Assembly (NCBI GenBank): GCA_965248265.1
Contig: CBDFJF010000002.1
Span: forward strand, 1,472,001 to 1,536,000
Length of the DNA stretch: 64,000 nucleotides
Direction of reading: 5' to 3'
Source of the DNA: Candidatus Latescibacterota bacterium
GTDB lineage: Bacteria; Latescibacterota; UBA2968; UBA8231
In this document: positions 19,351 to 28,559 of the stretch, piece after piece
Layout of the letters: every line of letters begins with the position of its first letter
Numbering within the stretch: position 1 is the first letter of the stretch
Notes under the pieces: model-generated
The model's database searches: none
What the model was told of the DNA's origin: nothing
The model's input: only the letters and a program-made list of their open reading frames with translations
Program-made: the position numbers and the translations under genes

Positions 19351-19391
19351 AAAAAAAGCCGCCCCGCCGACACGTCTCCGGCAAGGCGACT
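19351..19391 (-). terminator. Intrinsic terminator-like hairpin plus U7 just upstream of the desaturase start
   Basis: Minus strand AGTCGCCTTGCCGG-agacgtg-TCGGCGGGGCGGCT-TTTTTT, with several G-U pairs. Confidence 0.75.
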
Positions 19392-19403
19392 ATCGTGCAG
19401 ACA

Positions 19404-19432
19404 AAGGTACCGGTACCTGGCGAAAAACTCAA
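19404..19432 (-). promoter_or_regulatory. Putative sigma70 promoter with an overlapping perfect 14-bp palindrome
   Basis: Minus strand TTGAGT-17 bp-TACCTT; palindrome AGGTACCGGTACCT at 19405-19418. Confidence 0.45.
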
Positions 19433-19491
19433 GAGTTACAGAAACCGGACTAGTGCCCGATGTTTCAAAAGGACTGCCGGGATCATCGGTT

Positions 19492-20421
19492 TCACGTCGC
19501 TTGCTCCTGCTTGCGAGCCGGCTTAGTGCCCGGGATATCCGGGCGGTATGACTGCCGTTTGCCCGTCGTCCAGGCAGCGTCCTCCGGGCAATGCAGGGCG
19601 AGCCAGTCTCGCAGCGGCGTGTCGCCTTTGTCCGGAGTATAGGTGCCGTTGTTGCTCGGGTTGTCGCGCAGGAGTTGCCGGCGGATCGGATCGAGACCGG
19701 GATAGAGGTGCTCGACGGTCATGTCGTCTTTGGGCAACAGCCAGCGGAAGCTGTAGTCCATGAACAGCATCTTGCGGGTCTGGTGCCAATCATTGATGCT
19801 GCGGCTGTGCCAGATGCGGCGGTCGATGATGACGGCCGCGCCCGCGGGAACGCAGATCGGAATGGCACCCGCTGGGCTGGAGCAGCCATCCTCGGGAACG
19901 GTGACTTCGTCGAGCAGGTGAGACCCAGGCACGATCAGGGTGTTGGCGCGTCCAGGTTCTGACATGTCGCTGACGAAGAAGAACACCTTGATCGACAGTC
20001 GTGGCCGGGGACTCACTTCGATTTCGTCGTTCACTCGCATGCTGTCCTGATGCCAGGCCACACTGGCTTCCGACGCGGGTCGTTTCGGGTCGACCGGGGG
20101 TGTCACCAGCAGACCGGAATGATAGATGCAACTGTTCCAGCCCAGTATGCCCCAAGCCTTTGGGAAAGTCGTTTCGCAGTCGATGAGATCCAGAAAAAGC
20201 GGATCTCTGCCGATGATGTCGGCGATATCCACGGGGTCATGTGGCCCCAGGCCATCGGCCTGCCGTTTTTCCGCGATCAGGCGATCACAGGCGTGAACGA
20301 GAGGCTCGAGGCGCTCAGGAGCCAGCGCGTTTTCCACTATCAAATAACCATGCTCGTCGAACTGACTGCGTTCGGAGTCTGTCAGGCGATGTTCAAGGCA
20401 GTTCGTATTCATCAGTCTCAT
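19492..20421 (-). CDS. Phytanoyl-CoA dioxygenase (PhyH) family Fe(II)/2OG oxygenase
   Basis: F.EHGYLIVENAL, WHQD (HxD), IVPGSH, AG.AVIIDRRIWH, R. Confidence 0.88.
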   Translation of the reverse strand: MRLMNTNCLEHRLTDSERSQFDEHGYLIVENALAPERLEPLVHACDRLIAEKRQADGLGPHDPVDIADIIGRDPLFLDLIDCETTFPKAWGILGWNSCIYHSGLLVTPPVDPKRPASEASVAWHQDSMRVNDEIEVSPRPRLSIKVFFFVSDMSEPGRANTLIVPGSHLLDEVTVPEDGCSSPAGAIPICVPAGAAVIIDRRIWHSRSINDWHQTRKMLFMDYSFRWLLPKDDMTVEHLYPGLDPIRRQLLRDNPSNNGTYTPDKGDTPLRDWLALHCPEDAAWTTGKRQSYRPDIPGTKPARKQEQAT

Positions 20422-20563
20422 ACTCCCACGGCTTGGGCCAGTCCCCTCATGTGACCGACGGCATAGGACCAGTACTGGTGCCCCCAGTCACTGTCGCTAT
20501 CGATGTGCAGTATGTGATCCGGCGACGGAGCCAACGTTCAAGAATGATTTCACGCTATCTGAC

Positions 20564-22063
20564 CTATTTCATTTGTTCCGGATCGAGGAAGTCCATCTCC
20601 GGCCTGAGATCCCAGCGGTAGTGATCAGCCGGGGTGGTGTTGCTGGCCCACTCTCTGAGAATACTCCCGTCGGCCCGCATGCGCGCCATTTGCAGTGCGA
20701 TAGTGTCAGGATCCCAACCATCGAGTACTTCTGCGGTCAACGCGGCGACAATTTCAGTGCACGATTCGTCCTGTGACCGATCGATCAACTCCTTCGGGTC
20801 CTCCTCCAGATTGAACAACTGGCAGGGATAGCCGTGGTAGTAGATCAGCTTCCATGGGCCACGGCGCAACATTCGCTGACGAACGCCGTCCTCCGGAAAG
20901 GGCCCGCCGCTCCCGGCCAGGTCCAGGCAGAACTCGGAGTAGGCGACGTCCTCCCAGGGCGCATTCGCATCTGCGATAAGCGGCAGCACGCTGCGTCCGG
21001 GTGAGTTCGGGAGCGGGGGACAGTCGAGGGCATCCAAGATAGTGGCGTTCAAATCGAGCTGACTGATGACACGCTCGCACCGCGAACCCTGCGGCAATCT
21101 ACCCGGCCACGACATGATGAGGGGGACGCGGACCGATCCTTCGTAAAAGGTCTGCTTCCACCACAATCCATGTTCGCCCACCTGCTCTCCGTGGTCGGAG
21201 GAATAGATGATGAGGGTGTTGTCGGCGAGGTCGTTATCGCGCAACGATTGCAGAATCTGGCCGATCATGATATCCATCCGCGCGACGAGGGCCCAATAAG
21301 CAGCTCGCGCTCTCCTGGTCTCCTCCGGCGTGACCTCGATGATCTCGCACGACTCACGCCATTGCCTGATATAAGGATGGATGCTGTCGGACATCGGCTC
21401 CGGTGTCTGCGGTGGCGTCATGTTCTCGAAGTAGTACTCGTAGTCTTCCCGGCGGGCGACGAAGGGCTGGTGAGGGAGCATGAGGCCGACAGACAGGCTG
21501 AACGGCTCAGTATCCTCTCCACTTCGTCGCCGGGCGGCCAGTTGCTTCAGATACTCAACCGTTGCCGTCGTCACGTCCTCGTCGTGGACCTGGTACGCAC
21601 TCTGGCCATGACCGGATTTCTCCAGGCTGACTCTGAACGGACCGGCCGTTCCAGTGAGCTCCCCATGGTCGACCCCGACCCCGCCGGTGTGGTTGGGGCC
21701 ATGATCGCCGACGAGTCGCTCCGTATAGCCGTGCAACTGATCGGGCCCGTTCGAGTGCATGCGGCCGACAAGCACCGGCCTGTAGCCTCCAGCGCCCATG
21801 GCGTGAGCGAAGGTGGGGATGCCGGAATCCAGAATGTGGGTGTTGGTCCAGACCTGGTTCTGGTACGGATGGCGGCCTGTCAACATCGACATCCGTGACG
21901 GCGTACAAATCGGGGAAGGGCAGTAGGTGCTGTCGAAGGTGACGCCCTCTCTGGCAAGCTGGTCCAGGTGAGGTGTCCGCACGAGTGGATCCCCATAGCA
22001 CCCGGTGACGGCCGGATTGTGCTGATCGGAGTGGATGTAGAGGAGGTTCGGTTGCTGCGGCAT
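20564..22063 (-). CDS. Cys-type sulfatase (choline-sulfatase-like), no signal peptide
   Basis: PNLLYIHSDQH, CTPSR (CxPxR), GRMH, PHQPF, SDHGE..GEHGLWWKQTFYE. Confidence 0.92.
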   Translation of the reverse strand: MPQQPNLLYIHSDQHNPAVTGCYGDPLVRTPHLDQLAREGVTFDSTYCPSPICTPSRMSMLTGRHPYQNQVWTNTHILDSGIPTFAHAMGAGGYRPVLVGRMHSNGPDQLHGYTERLVGDHGPNHTGGVGVDHGELTGTAGPFRVSLEKSGHGQSAYQVHDEDVTTATVEYLKQLAARRRSGEDTEPFSLSVGLMLPHQPFVARREDYEYYFENMTPPQTPEPMSDSIHPYIRQWRESCEIIEVTPEETRRARAAYWALVARMDIMIGQILQSLRDNDLADNTLIIYSSDHGEQVGEHGLWWKQTFYEGSVRVPLIMSWPGRLPQGSRCERVISQLDLNATILDALDCPPLPNSPGRSVLPLIADANAPWEDVAYSEFCLDLAGSGGPFPEDGVRQRMLRRGPWKLIYYHGYPCQLFNLEEDPKELIDRSQDESCTEIVAALTAEVLDGWDPDTIALQMARMRADGSILREWASNTTPADHYRWDLRPEMDFLDPEQMK

Positions 22064-22136
22064 TGCCTCTGCTCTTCTTTAAGGTGTCGGGAGGATAGTA
22101 ATATACCGGATGTCATCATAGAGAGGAACACGGCTG

Positions 22137-23033
22137 ATGAGCACTCCAGATCGATCGCGAGCGCTGTACGACCTACATCTTCACAGCTATTGGAGCTATG
22201 ATGCCTTTGCCGCCGTCGAGGCTCATTTCATACGAGCGCGCGAACTCGGCGTACGCTATATCGCCATCACCGACCATCACGTCATGGACGCGTCGAACCA
22301 GGTGCTGGAATGCGCCGGGTGGTATCCGGAGGTAACGGCCATTCTGTCGTCGGAGATAACGGTTGCGACGTCCGTGGGCAGCATAGACCTGCTGTGCTAC
22401 GGATTTCCGATTGAGCTGACGCCACAACTACAGGAAGTCTCGGATTTTCATCACGTCTGGCAGCGGGCAACCGGCGCCGCCTGGTCCAACGGACTGCAGG
22501 CTCTCGGGCATCCATTCAGCGCTGCCGACCGCCTGGCCCTGCTCGAGTCGTACAGGCCTGCGGAAGTGATCGCGGTGCAGGGAAACACACACGTCAAGAA
22601 CGGGTTGCTCTCCGATTATTGTGTCGATCACGGATTCATCCCCAGTTCAGAAGGGTATTGGGACTTGAAGGTCCGCATGCGAGAAGAAGTGCCCTCACCG
22701 CCCTATCCTCCGGTTGACGAGGTACTGCCGATCCTGAAGGCTGCCGGCATCCAGGTTGCCATCGCCCACCCACATGGGTACTTCAACCAGGGCGATAGAG
22801 GCCGGATGGATCTGCTGCGAGAGGAGTGTCAACTGGACGGCATCGAGTGCGCCCATCGCCAGGTGCCTCCCGAGTTCACGCCGGTTTACCGCGACTATTG
22901 TGTCGAGCACGGACTCTTTTCAGTGGGTGGGTCCGATTCACACATCGACAGCGACATCCAGGAGCACTTTGCCGGACACGGCGGCGCCGACGAGTGGCTG
23001 GATGAGTTTCTTCCGGCGTTAGGGGTGCAGTGA
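22137..23033 (+). CDS. PHP-domain metallophosphoesterase
   Basis: DLHLHS..S.D, IAITDH, IAHP, DGIEC, GGSDSH. Confidence 0.88.
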   Translation: MSTPDRSRALYDLHLHSYWSYDAFAAVEAHFIRARELGVRYIAITDHHVMDASNQVLECAGWYPEVTAILSSEITVATSVGSIDLLCYGFPIELTPQLQEVSDFHHVWQRATGAAWSNGLQALGHPFSAADRLALLESYRPAEVIAVQGNTHVKNGLLSDYCVDHGFIPSSEGYWDLKVRMREEVPSPPYPPVDEVLPILKAAGIQVAIAHPHGYFNQGDRGRMDLLREECQLDGIECAHRQVPPEFTPVYRDYCVEHGLFSVGGSDSHIDSDIQEHFAGHGGADEWLDEFLPALGVQ

Positions 23034-23185
23034 AAAGGTGTCTGCGGATCGCACGGCACCTGACGGCGCACATAGGGTAAGCTCTCCGTGCGCATGTCAG
23101 CGGCCCCGGGGGGATCAACAGTGTTGAGAATTCAACGTCTGTTTTTCGGTAGTGCCGATCACTGGCCGTGGCCACATTTAATTCC

Positions 23186-24277
23186 ATGAAAAGACCTGAT
23201 CAACTGCCACCCGCAAATAATGAGCTTCCCACTGAGGCTGTGATGATGCAGGCTTTCCTGCAAGGCGATGCCTCGTTCGATGGCATCTTCATCACTGCCG
23301 TGCGTACCACCGGTATCTTCTGTCGACCGACGTGCACGGCGAAGAAGCCGCGACCAGAGAACGTCCAGTTTTACGGCACCCCTCGCGAGGCCTTGCTGTC
23401 GGGTTATCGTCCTTGTAAGCGTTGTCGACCCCTCGAGGCAGCCGGTGAAACGCCGGCCTGGCTGCACCCACTGCTGGCGGATCTCGATCAGGAGCCGACG
23501 CGCCGGTGGCGGGACGGTGACCTGCGCGAGCGGGGTCTGAGCCCGGAGCGTGTGCGTCGATGGTTCCAGACCAATCACGGCATGACCTTTCACGCTTACA
23601 GTCGCGCTCGGCGCCTTTGTTCAGCCCTGGGGCAGGTACAGGACGGTTCGCAGGTGATCCGCGCCGCCTTCGAGAGCGGTTACGGGTCGTTGTCCGGATT
23701 TAACGAGGCCTTCCAACGTTACTTCGGGGCCAGTCCGACTGATGTGGAAGGTTCCACCACGATTCGGGTCGATCGTTTTACCACGCCACTGGGTCCGATG
23801 CTGGTGGGTGCCACCGATTCCAGGTTATGCCTGTTGGAGTTCGTCGATCGGCGCATGTTGCCGACCCAGGTGCAGCGCCTGCGCCGGCGTCTGGGGGCCG
23901 TCTTCGTTCCCGATCGCAACAACATTATCGACCAGACTGAACGCGAGATCGGCGATTACTTTGAGGGCAGGCGAAGAGACTTCACGGTTCCCATTGTCAC
24001 CCCGGGCACCGAGTTCCAGGAGGCTGTGTGGTCGGCCTTGGGTCGCATTCCCTATGGACAGACCGTCAGCTACCGTGATCTGGCCGAGGAAGTCGGCCGT
24101 CCAGGTGCAGTACGGGCAGTGGGAACGACGAATGGCCTCAACGCACTGGCCATCATCGTGCCCTGTCACCGGGTGATCGGCGCCGACGGTAAGCTCGTCG
24201 GGTATGGCGGGGGGCTCTGGCGCAAGATGCGCCTGCTGGAACTGGAGACCGGTGTGGCGGCCGCACAACCCGGGTAG
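23186..24277 (+). CDS. ada: Bifunctional Ada transcriptional activator / O6-methylguanine-DNA methyltransferase
   Basis: Zn site TGIFCRPTC...RPCKRC, AraC HTH (AAFESGYGSLSGF), GTEFQ..VW, IPYG, PCHRV active site. Confidence 0.93.
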   Translation: MKRPDQLPPANNELPTEAVMMQAFLQGDASFDGIFITAVRTTGIFCRPTCTAKKPRPENVQFYGTPREALLSGYRPCKRCRPLEAAGETPAWLHPLLADLDQEPTRRWRDGDLRERGLSPERVRRWFQTNHGMTFHAYSRARRLCSALGQVQDGSQVIRAAFESGYGSLSGFNEAFQRYFGASPTDVEGSTTIRVDRFTTPLGPMLVGATDSRLCLLEFVDRRMLPTQVQRLRRRLGAVFVPDRNNIIDQTEREIGDYFEGRRRDFTVPIVTPGTEFQEAVWSALGRIPYGQTVSYRDLAEEVGRPGAVRAVGTTNGLNALAIIVPCHRVIGADGKLVGYGGGLWRKMRLLELETGVAAAQPG

Positions 24278-24465
24278 AGACCGCGTGCTTGGAAAGTGGC
24301 ACCACATGTCAACCTGCAGGATGGACCGTCACCGCCCGCATTGAGCGGCACCTCCATGCCGAACGGGCTTGTGCCGAATCGGCCAGATTCGTGTGGTACA
24401 TGAATCGACTTATACCGCTGAGATTCCATTCGACACTAGTTCGAACCGATCTCGAGGTGGTGTGG

Positions 24466-25839
24466 TCAACCGCGGCCCAGCGCCATCTTCGGAAACCAGG
24501 TGACCAGTTCCGGAAATAGAATGACGATGACGAGCCCGATAAGCTGCAAGATCACGAAGGGGATGATGCCGCGGTAGAGATGGTCGAGCTGCACGTTCGC
24601 CGGGGCCACCCCCTTGAGATAGAACAGGGCGAACCCGAAGGGGGGCGTGAGGAACGAGGTCTGAAGGTTGATGGCGACCAGCATGGCGAACCACAAGGTC
24701 TGATCACCCACCGTGGCAAACATCGGTCCGAAATCGAGCTTGCCGACGATGGGGCCGAACACGGGAAGCACGATCAGGGTAATCTCGATCCAGTCGAAGA
24801 AGAACCCAAGCAGGAACACGGTGCTCATCAGCACGAACAGAATGCCCCAGGAGCCAAAGGGCAAACCGAGCAACGCGGCCTCGATCACGTCCTCGCCACC
24901 CAGCGATCGGAACACGTAGCTGAAGGCCGTGGCGCCCACCACGATCATGAACACCATGGCCGTGATCTTGGCAGTGCGCTGAGTGACGTCCACGACCGTC
25001 TCCCTGTTCAAGCGCCGGTTGAACCACGCCAGCAACACCGACCCGAAGGCGCCTACGCCGGCTGCCTCGGTGGGTGTGGCCCAGCCCACGAAGATCGATC
25101 CCAGTACGATCACGATCAGAAACAGCGGCGGCAGCAGGGTTCGCAGCACGCGGCCTGCAAGGGCTGCCAGGGGGATCTGCAGCTCCTCCCTCGGCATCAA
25201 CGGCGCCAGATTGGGACGCATGTACGACAGAATACCGATGTAGAGGATGTACAACCCCGAAAGGACCAGTCCGGGGAAGACCGCGCCGAGGAACAGATCG
25301 CCCACCGAGATCGACAGCAGGTCACCCATGATGACGAGCATGATGCTGGGCGGGATCAGGATGCCCAGCGTCGCTGAGGCGGCGATGGTGCCAACAGATA
25401 ATTCGACCTGATAGCCGCGCTTGAGCATCGGCGACAGGGCCAGGATGCCCATCATGACGACGGAAGCACCGATGATGCCCGTAGAGGCAGCCAGGATCGT
25501 GCCCATCACGGTTACGGCCATGGCCAGGCCGCCGCGGATGCGGCCGAGGAGGATCTGCATCGTACTGAGCAGATCCTCAGCCACCCCCGAGCGTTCGAGC
25601 ATGATCCCCATATAGATGAACATCGGAACAGCAACCAGCAACAGATTGGAGGCGGCCCCGCCCCAGGCCCTGAGGACGATGTTGTAGAACTCGATCGCGG
25701 AGAAGTGGCCGAGCATCATGCCCAAGCCTCCGAACCCAAGAGCCACGCCCGGTAGTACGAAGGCAACCGGATAACCAGAGAACAGCAGCAGCGCCAGAGC
25801 CAGGAACATCAGCAGGGCGAGGACTTCCTCAACGTACAT
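24466..25839 (-). CDS. dctM: TRAP transporter large permease
   Basis: AVPMFIYMG..LERSG, GTIAASATLGILIPPSIML, ATPTEAA, NLQTSFLTPPFG. Confidence 0.92.
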   Translation of the reverse strand: MYVEEVLALLMFLALALLLFSGYPVAFVLPGVALGFGGLGMMLGHFSAIEFYNIVLRAWGGAASNLLLVAVPMFIYMGIMLERSGVAEDLLSTMQILLGRIRGGLAMAVTVMGTILAASTGIIGASVVMMGILALSPMLKRGYQVELSVGTIAASATLGILIPPSIMLVIMGDLLSISVGDLFLGAVFPGLVLSGLYILYIGILSYMRPNLAPLMPREELQIPLAALAGRVLRTLLPPLFLIVIVLGSIFVGWATPTEAAGVGAFGSVLLAWFNRRLNRETVVDVTQRTAKITAMVFMIVVGATAFSYVFRSLGGEDVIEAALLGLPFGSWGILFVLMSTVFLLGFFFDWIEITLIVLPVFGPIVGKLDFGPMFATVGDQTLWFAMLVAINLQTSFLTPPFGFALFYLKGVAPANVQLDHLYRGIIPFVILQLIGLVIVILFPELVTWFPKMALGRG

Positions 25840-26362
25840 CGACCCCTGCCTTTTGTTCACGATGTTTCAGAATCAGGATCTGCTTTGCGACGGTGGAAAC
25901 GCCCTGCATTGCGAGCAACAGAAATCCGATCGGCAGAGCCGACTTGATGATGAACCGGTAGGGCAGGCCGCCTGGCGCATCGGAGACCTCATTGAGCAGG
26001 TAGGAGTCGATGACGAACTGCGATCCGAGAACGACCATGACAATCGAGTAGGGGGTGAGGAAGAGCGCGGCGCCGATCAGCTCGATCCAGGCCCTAGGCG
26101 TAGGGCCGAGGCGGGCGCGGAAGATATCCACCCGCACGTGGGTGTCGTCGATGTAGGCGTAGGCGGCACACAGCAGAAACAGGACGGCGTGCAGATGCCA
26201 CTCCAGTTCCTGCAGGGTCACCGAGCCCAGCGTGAAAAACCGCCGCGTGACCACGTCGAGGATGACGACGGTGATGATCGGAATCGACAACCAGGCGGCG
26301 GCCCGGCCCACGGAGGCGTTGATCCAGTCCAGCCGCGCGCTCAGCTGTCGGAGTAGCTCCAT
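25829..26362 (-). CDS. dctQ: TRAP transporter small permease
   Basis: Four TM segments, QELEWHL, HVRVDIF, SDAPGGLP; lies between dctP and dctM. Confidence 0.9.
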   Translation of the reverse strand: MELLRQLSARLDWINASVGRAAAWLSIPIITVVILDVVTRRFFTLGSVTLQELEWHLHAVLFLLCAAYAYIDDTHVRVDIFRARLGPTPRAWIELIGAALFLTPYSIVMVVLGSQFVIDSYLLNEVSDAPGGLPYRFIIKSALPIGFLLLAMQGVSTVAKQILILKHREQKAGVDVR

Positions 26363-26365
26363 CGA

Positions 26366-27469
26366 TCAGTTGCCGGCAGCGGCAGCGGAAAAACCGGTGG
26401 GGATGCGGGACAGGGCAGCCCACTCGGCATATCGGGCGCGGAATGCCTTGTAGGACTCGTACACCCTGGCGAACATGGGGTCATTGGCGGCCTCTTCCTC
26501 CATCACCTCATCGGTGGCCGCCTTGTAAGCCGCCATGATTTCCGGCGGCCAGGTGTGCACCTGGACGCCCTGCGCCTTCATGTTGGCCAACGCCTGACCC
26601 TGCTGCACTTCGCCCAGTGTGAGACCGCGGATGATGGTGTCCCTGCAGCAGAGTTTGATCAGTTCCTGATCCTGGGAGGACAACTCGTTCCAGCGTTCCA
26701 GATTGATCATCAGCTCGGCGATGGAGGACTGCTGATGCCAGCCAGGAAAGTAGTAGTGCTTGGCGATTTTGTGGAAGCCGTAGCGCTCGTCGATGCTGGG
26801 CATGGAGAACTCGGTGGCATCCAGAACACCCCGCTCCAGAGCCGGAAAAATGTCGCCGGCGGCGAGCATCTGCACCGAGGCGCCCAGCTTCTGGATCGCT
26901 TTGCCGCCCAGGCCGAAGAATCGAATCTTCATCCCCCGGAGCTGGTCGACGGACTCGATCGGCTCCCGAAACCATCCCGAGGCTTCCGGCGGAATCATTA
27001 TGCAGGGAGTGACCCAGAGGTTGTTCTCGGCGTACATCTCCTGCCACAGCTCAAGGCCGCCGCCCTCGTAAATCCAGGCCATGTATTCCATGGCGTTGGG
27101 ACCGAACGGCACGGCGGAGAACAGGGCGGCCGCAGGCAGTTTGCCGATCCAGTATCCGGCCGACGCCCAGCCGGCGTCCACCGCGCCCTTGCTCACCGAA
27201 TCGAAGATCTCCATGACCGGTACCAACTTGCCCGGATCGAAATACTTGATCTTGATGCGGCCTCCTGATACGTCTTCCAGCTTTGCCGTCCACAGAGGTC
27301 CCGCATCGCCAACGATCGGCGTCGTGGTGGAGTAGGCACCGGCCAACTTCCAGTTCACGCTCTTCTGGGTGGCGCCGCCGCCCGCACCCTGGTCTCGCTG
27401 CTTACAGGTGACGATGGTGAGGGCGACTGCGATCGCCATGATTGTGATTCCACGTGCGTTCCAGTGCAT
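26366..27469 (-). CDS. dctP: TRAP substrate-binding protein (DctP, TakP-like)
   Basis: FDSVSKGAVD, YW.GK.PA, VPFG, GWFR, KIRFFGLG, ALERGVLDATEF, YYFPGWH. RBS GGAGGAGG before ATG 27469. Confidence 0.9.
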   Translation of the reverse strand: MHWNARGITIMAIAVALTIVTCKQRDQGAGGGATQKSVNWKLAGAYSTTTPIVGDAGPLWTAKLEDVSGGRIKIKYFDPGKLVPVMEIFDSVSKGAVDAGWASAGYWIGKLPAAALFSAVPFGPNAMEYMAWIYEGGGLELWQEMYAENNLWVTPCIMIPPEASGWFREPIESVDQLRGMKIRFFGLGGKAIQKLGASVQMLAAGDIFPALERGVLDATEFSMPSIDERYGFHKIAKHYYFPGWHQQSSIAELMINLERWNELSSQDQELIKLCCRDTIIRGLTLGEVQQGQALANMKAQGVQVHTWPPEIMAAYKAATDEVMEEEAANDPMFARVYESYKAFRARYAEWAALSRIPTGFSAAAAGN

Positions 27470-27674
27470 GAACCTCCTCCTTGCCGGTAGACGTCGCGAG
27501 TGACCTTCGACGTGCTGCACGAGTATGAGTCCAAGGACGGGTCGTGTCGAGGACACTTGGTGGGGTGCGGGCTTCTACGTCCCCACAACGGTGGAGGAGC
27601 GATACGAAGGAGGCGAAATTACGTGAATTCTTGCACCCACACGTGTGCAGGAATCTTCACACATTCCCCCTGAG

Positions 27675-28556
27675 TCAGGCCTGACGGTTCCACCGGCTGG
27701 CGTCGATTCCCGGCGCTTCCGCCTTCATCCCCTTCGGTTTGTTTTCAAGCTCCCAAGTACCTCCGGTAGTATTGAGGCTCTGCAGGAAAGGTTTGGCCTC
27801 TTCGGGAGCTGCGGCCACGAGTTCGGGATCCCAATCTTCCATCGGTTGAATCGGTCCTGCCCACGCGGGACGATAACCAAACTGAATCAGTTCGCGCGCT
27901 TGCGGATCCCCGTTCGGGTGAGTTCCGTGAAACAGATCCTTCGGAAGCAGGATGGCCGAGCCTGCTTTCACGCACAGGGTGATCTCTTCGGGATGGGACT
28001 TGTAGCGCAGGTACGGGTTGGCGTCGGCGTGGAACGACAGGTGGGAGCGTGGCACCAGGCGGAACGGGGCTCGCTCGGGCGTCAGATCCTGCAGGTAGTA
28101 GAGGACCCGCACGAGGCGTGGTGAGCTGCCTTCGAAGGTGAAAATCGAGGAGCCGAAGGGCTGACCGTCCGTATGCATGGAGATGCCAGGTGATCCCTGG
28201 TGGGTGCGTTGGAATGCCCCCAACGTGTAAACGATGTCGTCTCCCATCAGTGCTCGTAGGAACTCGATGACCGGCGGGTTGGCGATCAGTTCGGCCACGG
28301 CCCGGCTCTGCCACTGCGGCGGCTCCGTCGACACGGTCTGGTGGATGCTGTAATCCTTGTGCCGCATCGGAATGCCGGCCAGCTCGTTCCCTAAACGCTC
28401 GACCTGCTCTGGCGGGATGACATTGGGTAGTACCACATACCCTTCGACCTCGAAGTGGCGGATTTGCTCTCCGAGCGAAAAGCTGGAAAAGTCAGTCTCG
28501 TCGATGTTCATGAAGCCGATTTCTTCTTCAGGATCGGTCAAGATACTCTCTCCCAT
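27675..28556 (-). CDS. PhyH family Fe(II)/2OG dioxygenase
   Basis: FEVEGYVVLPNV, MHTD, LVPRSH, KAGSAIL..DLFHG. Confidence 0.85.
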   Translation of the reverse strand: MGESILTDPEEEIGFMNIDETDFSSFSLGEQIRHFEVEGYVVLPNVIPPEQVERLGNELAGIPMRHKDYSIHQTVSTEPPQWQSRAVAELIANPPVIEFLRALMGDDIVYTLGAFQRTHQGSPGISMHTDGQPFGSSIFTFEGSSPRLVRVLYYLQDLTPERAPFRLVPRSHLSFHADANPYLRYKSHPEEITLCVKAGSAILLPKDLFHGTHPNGDPQARELIQFGYRPAWAGPIQPMEDWDPELVAAAPEEAKPFLQSLNTTGGTWELENKPKGMKAEAPGIDASRWNRQA

Positions 28557-28559
28557 GTG

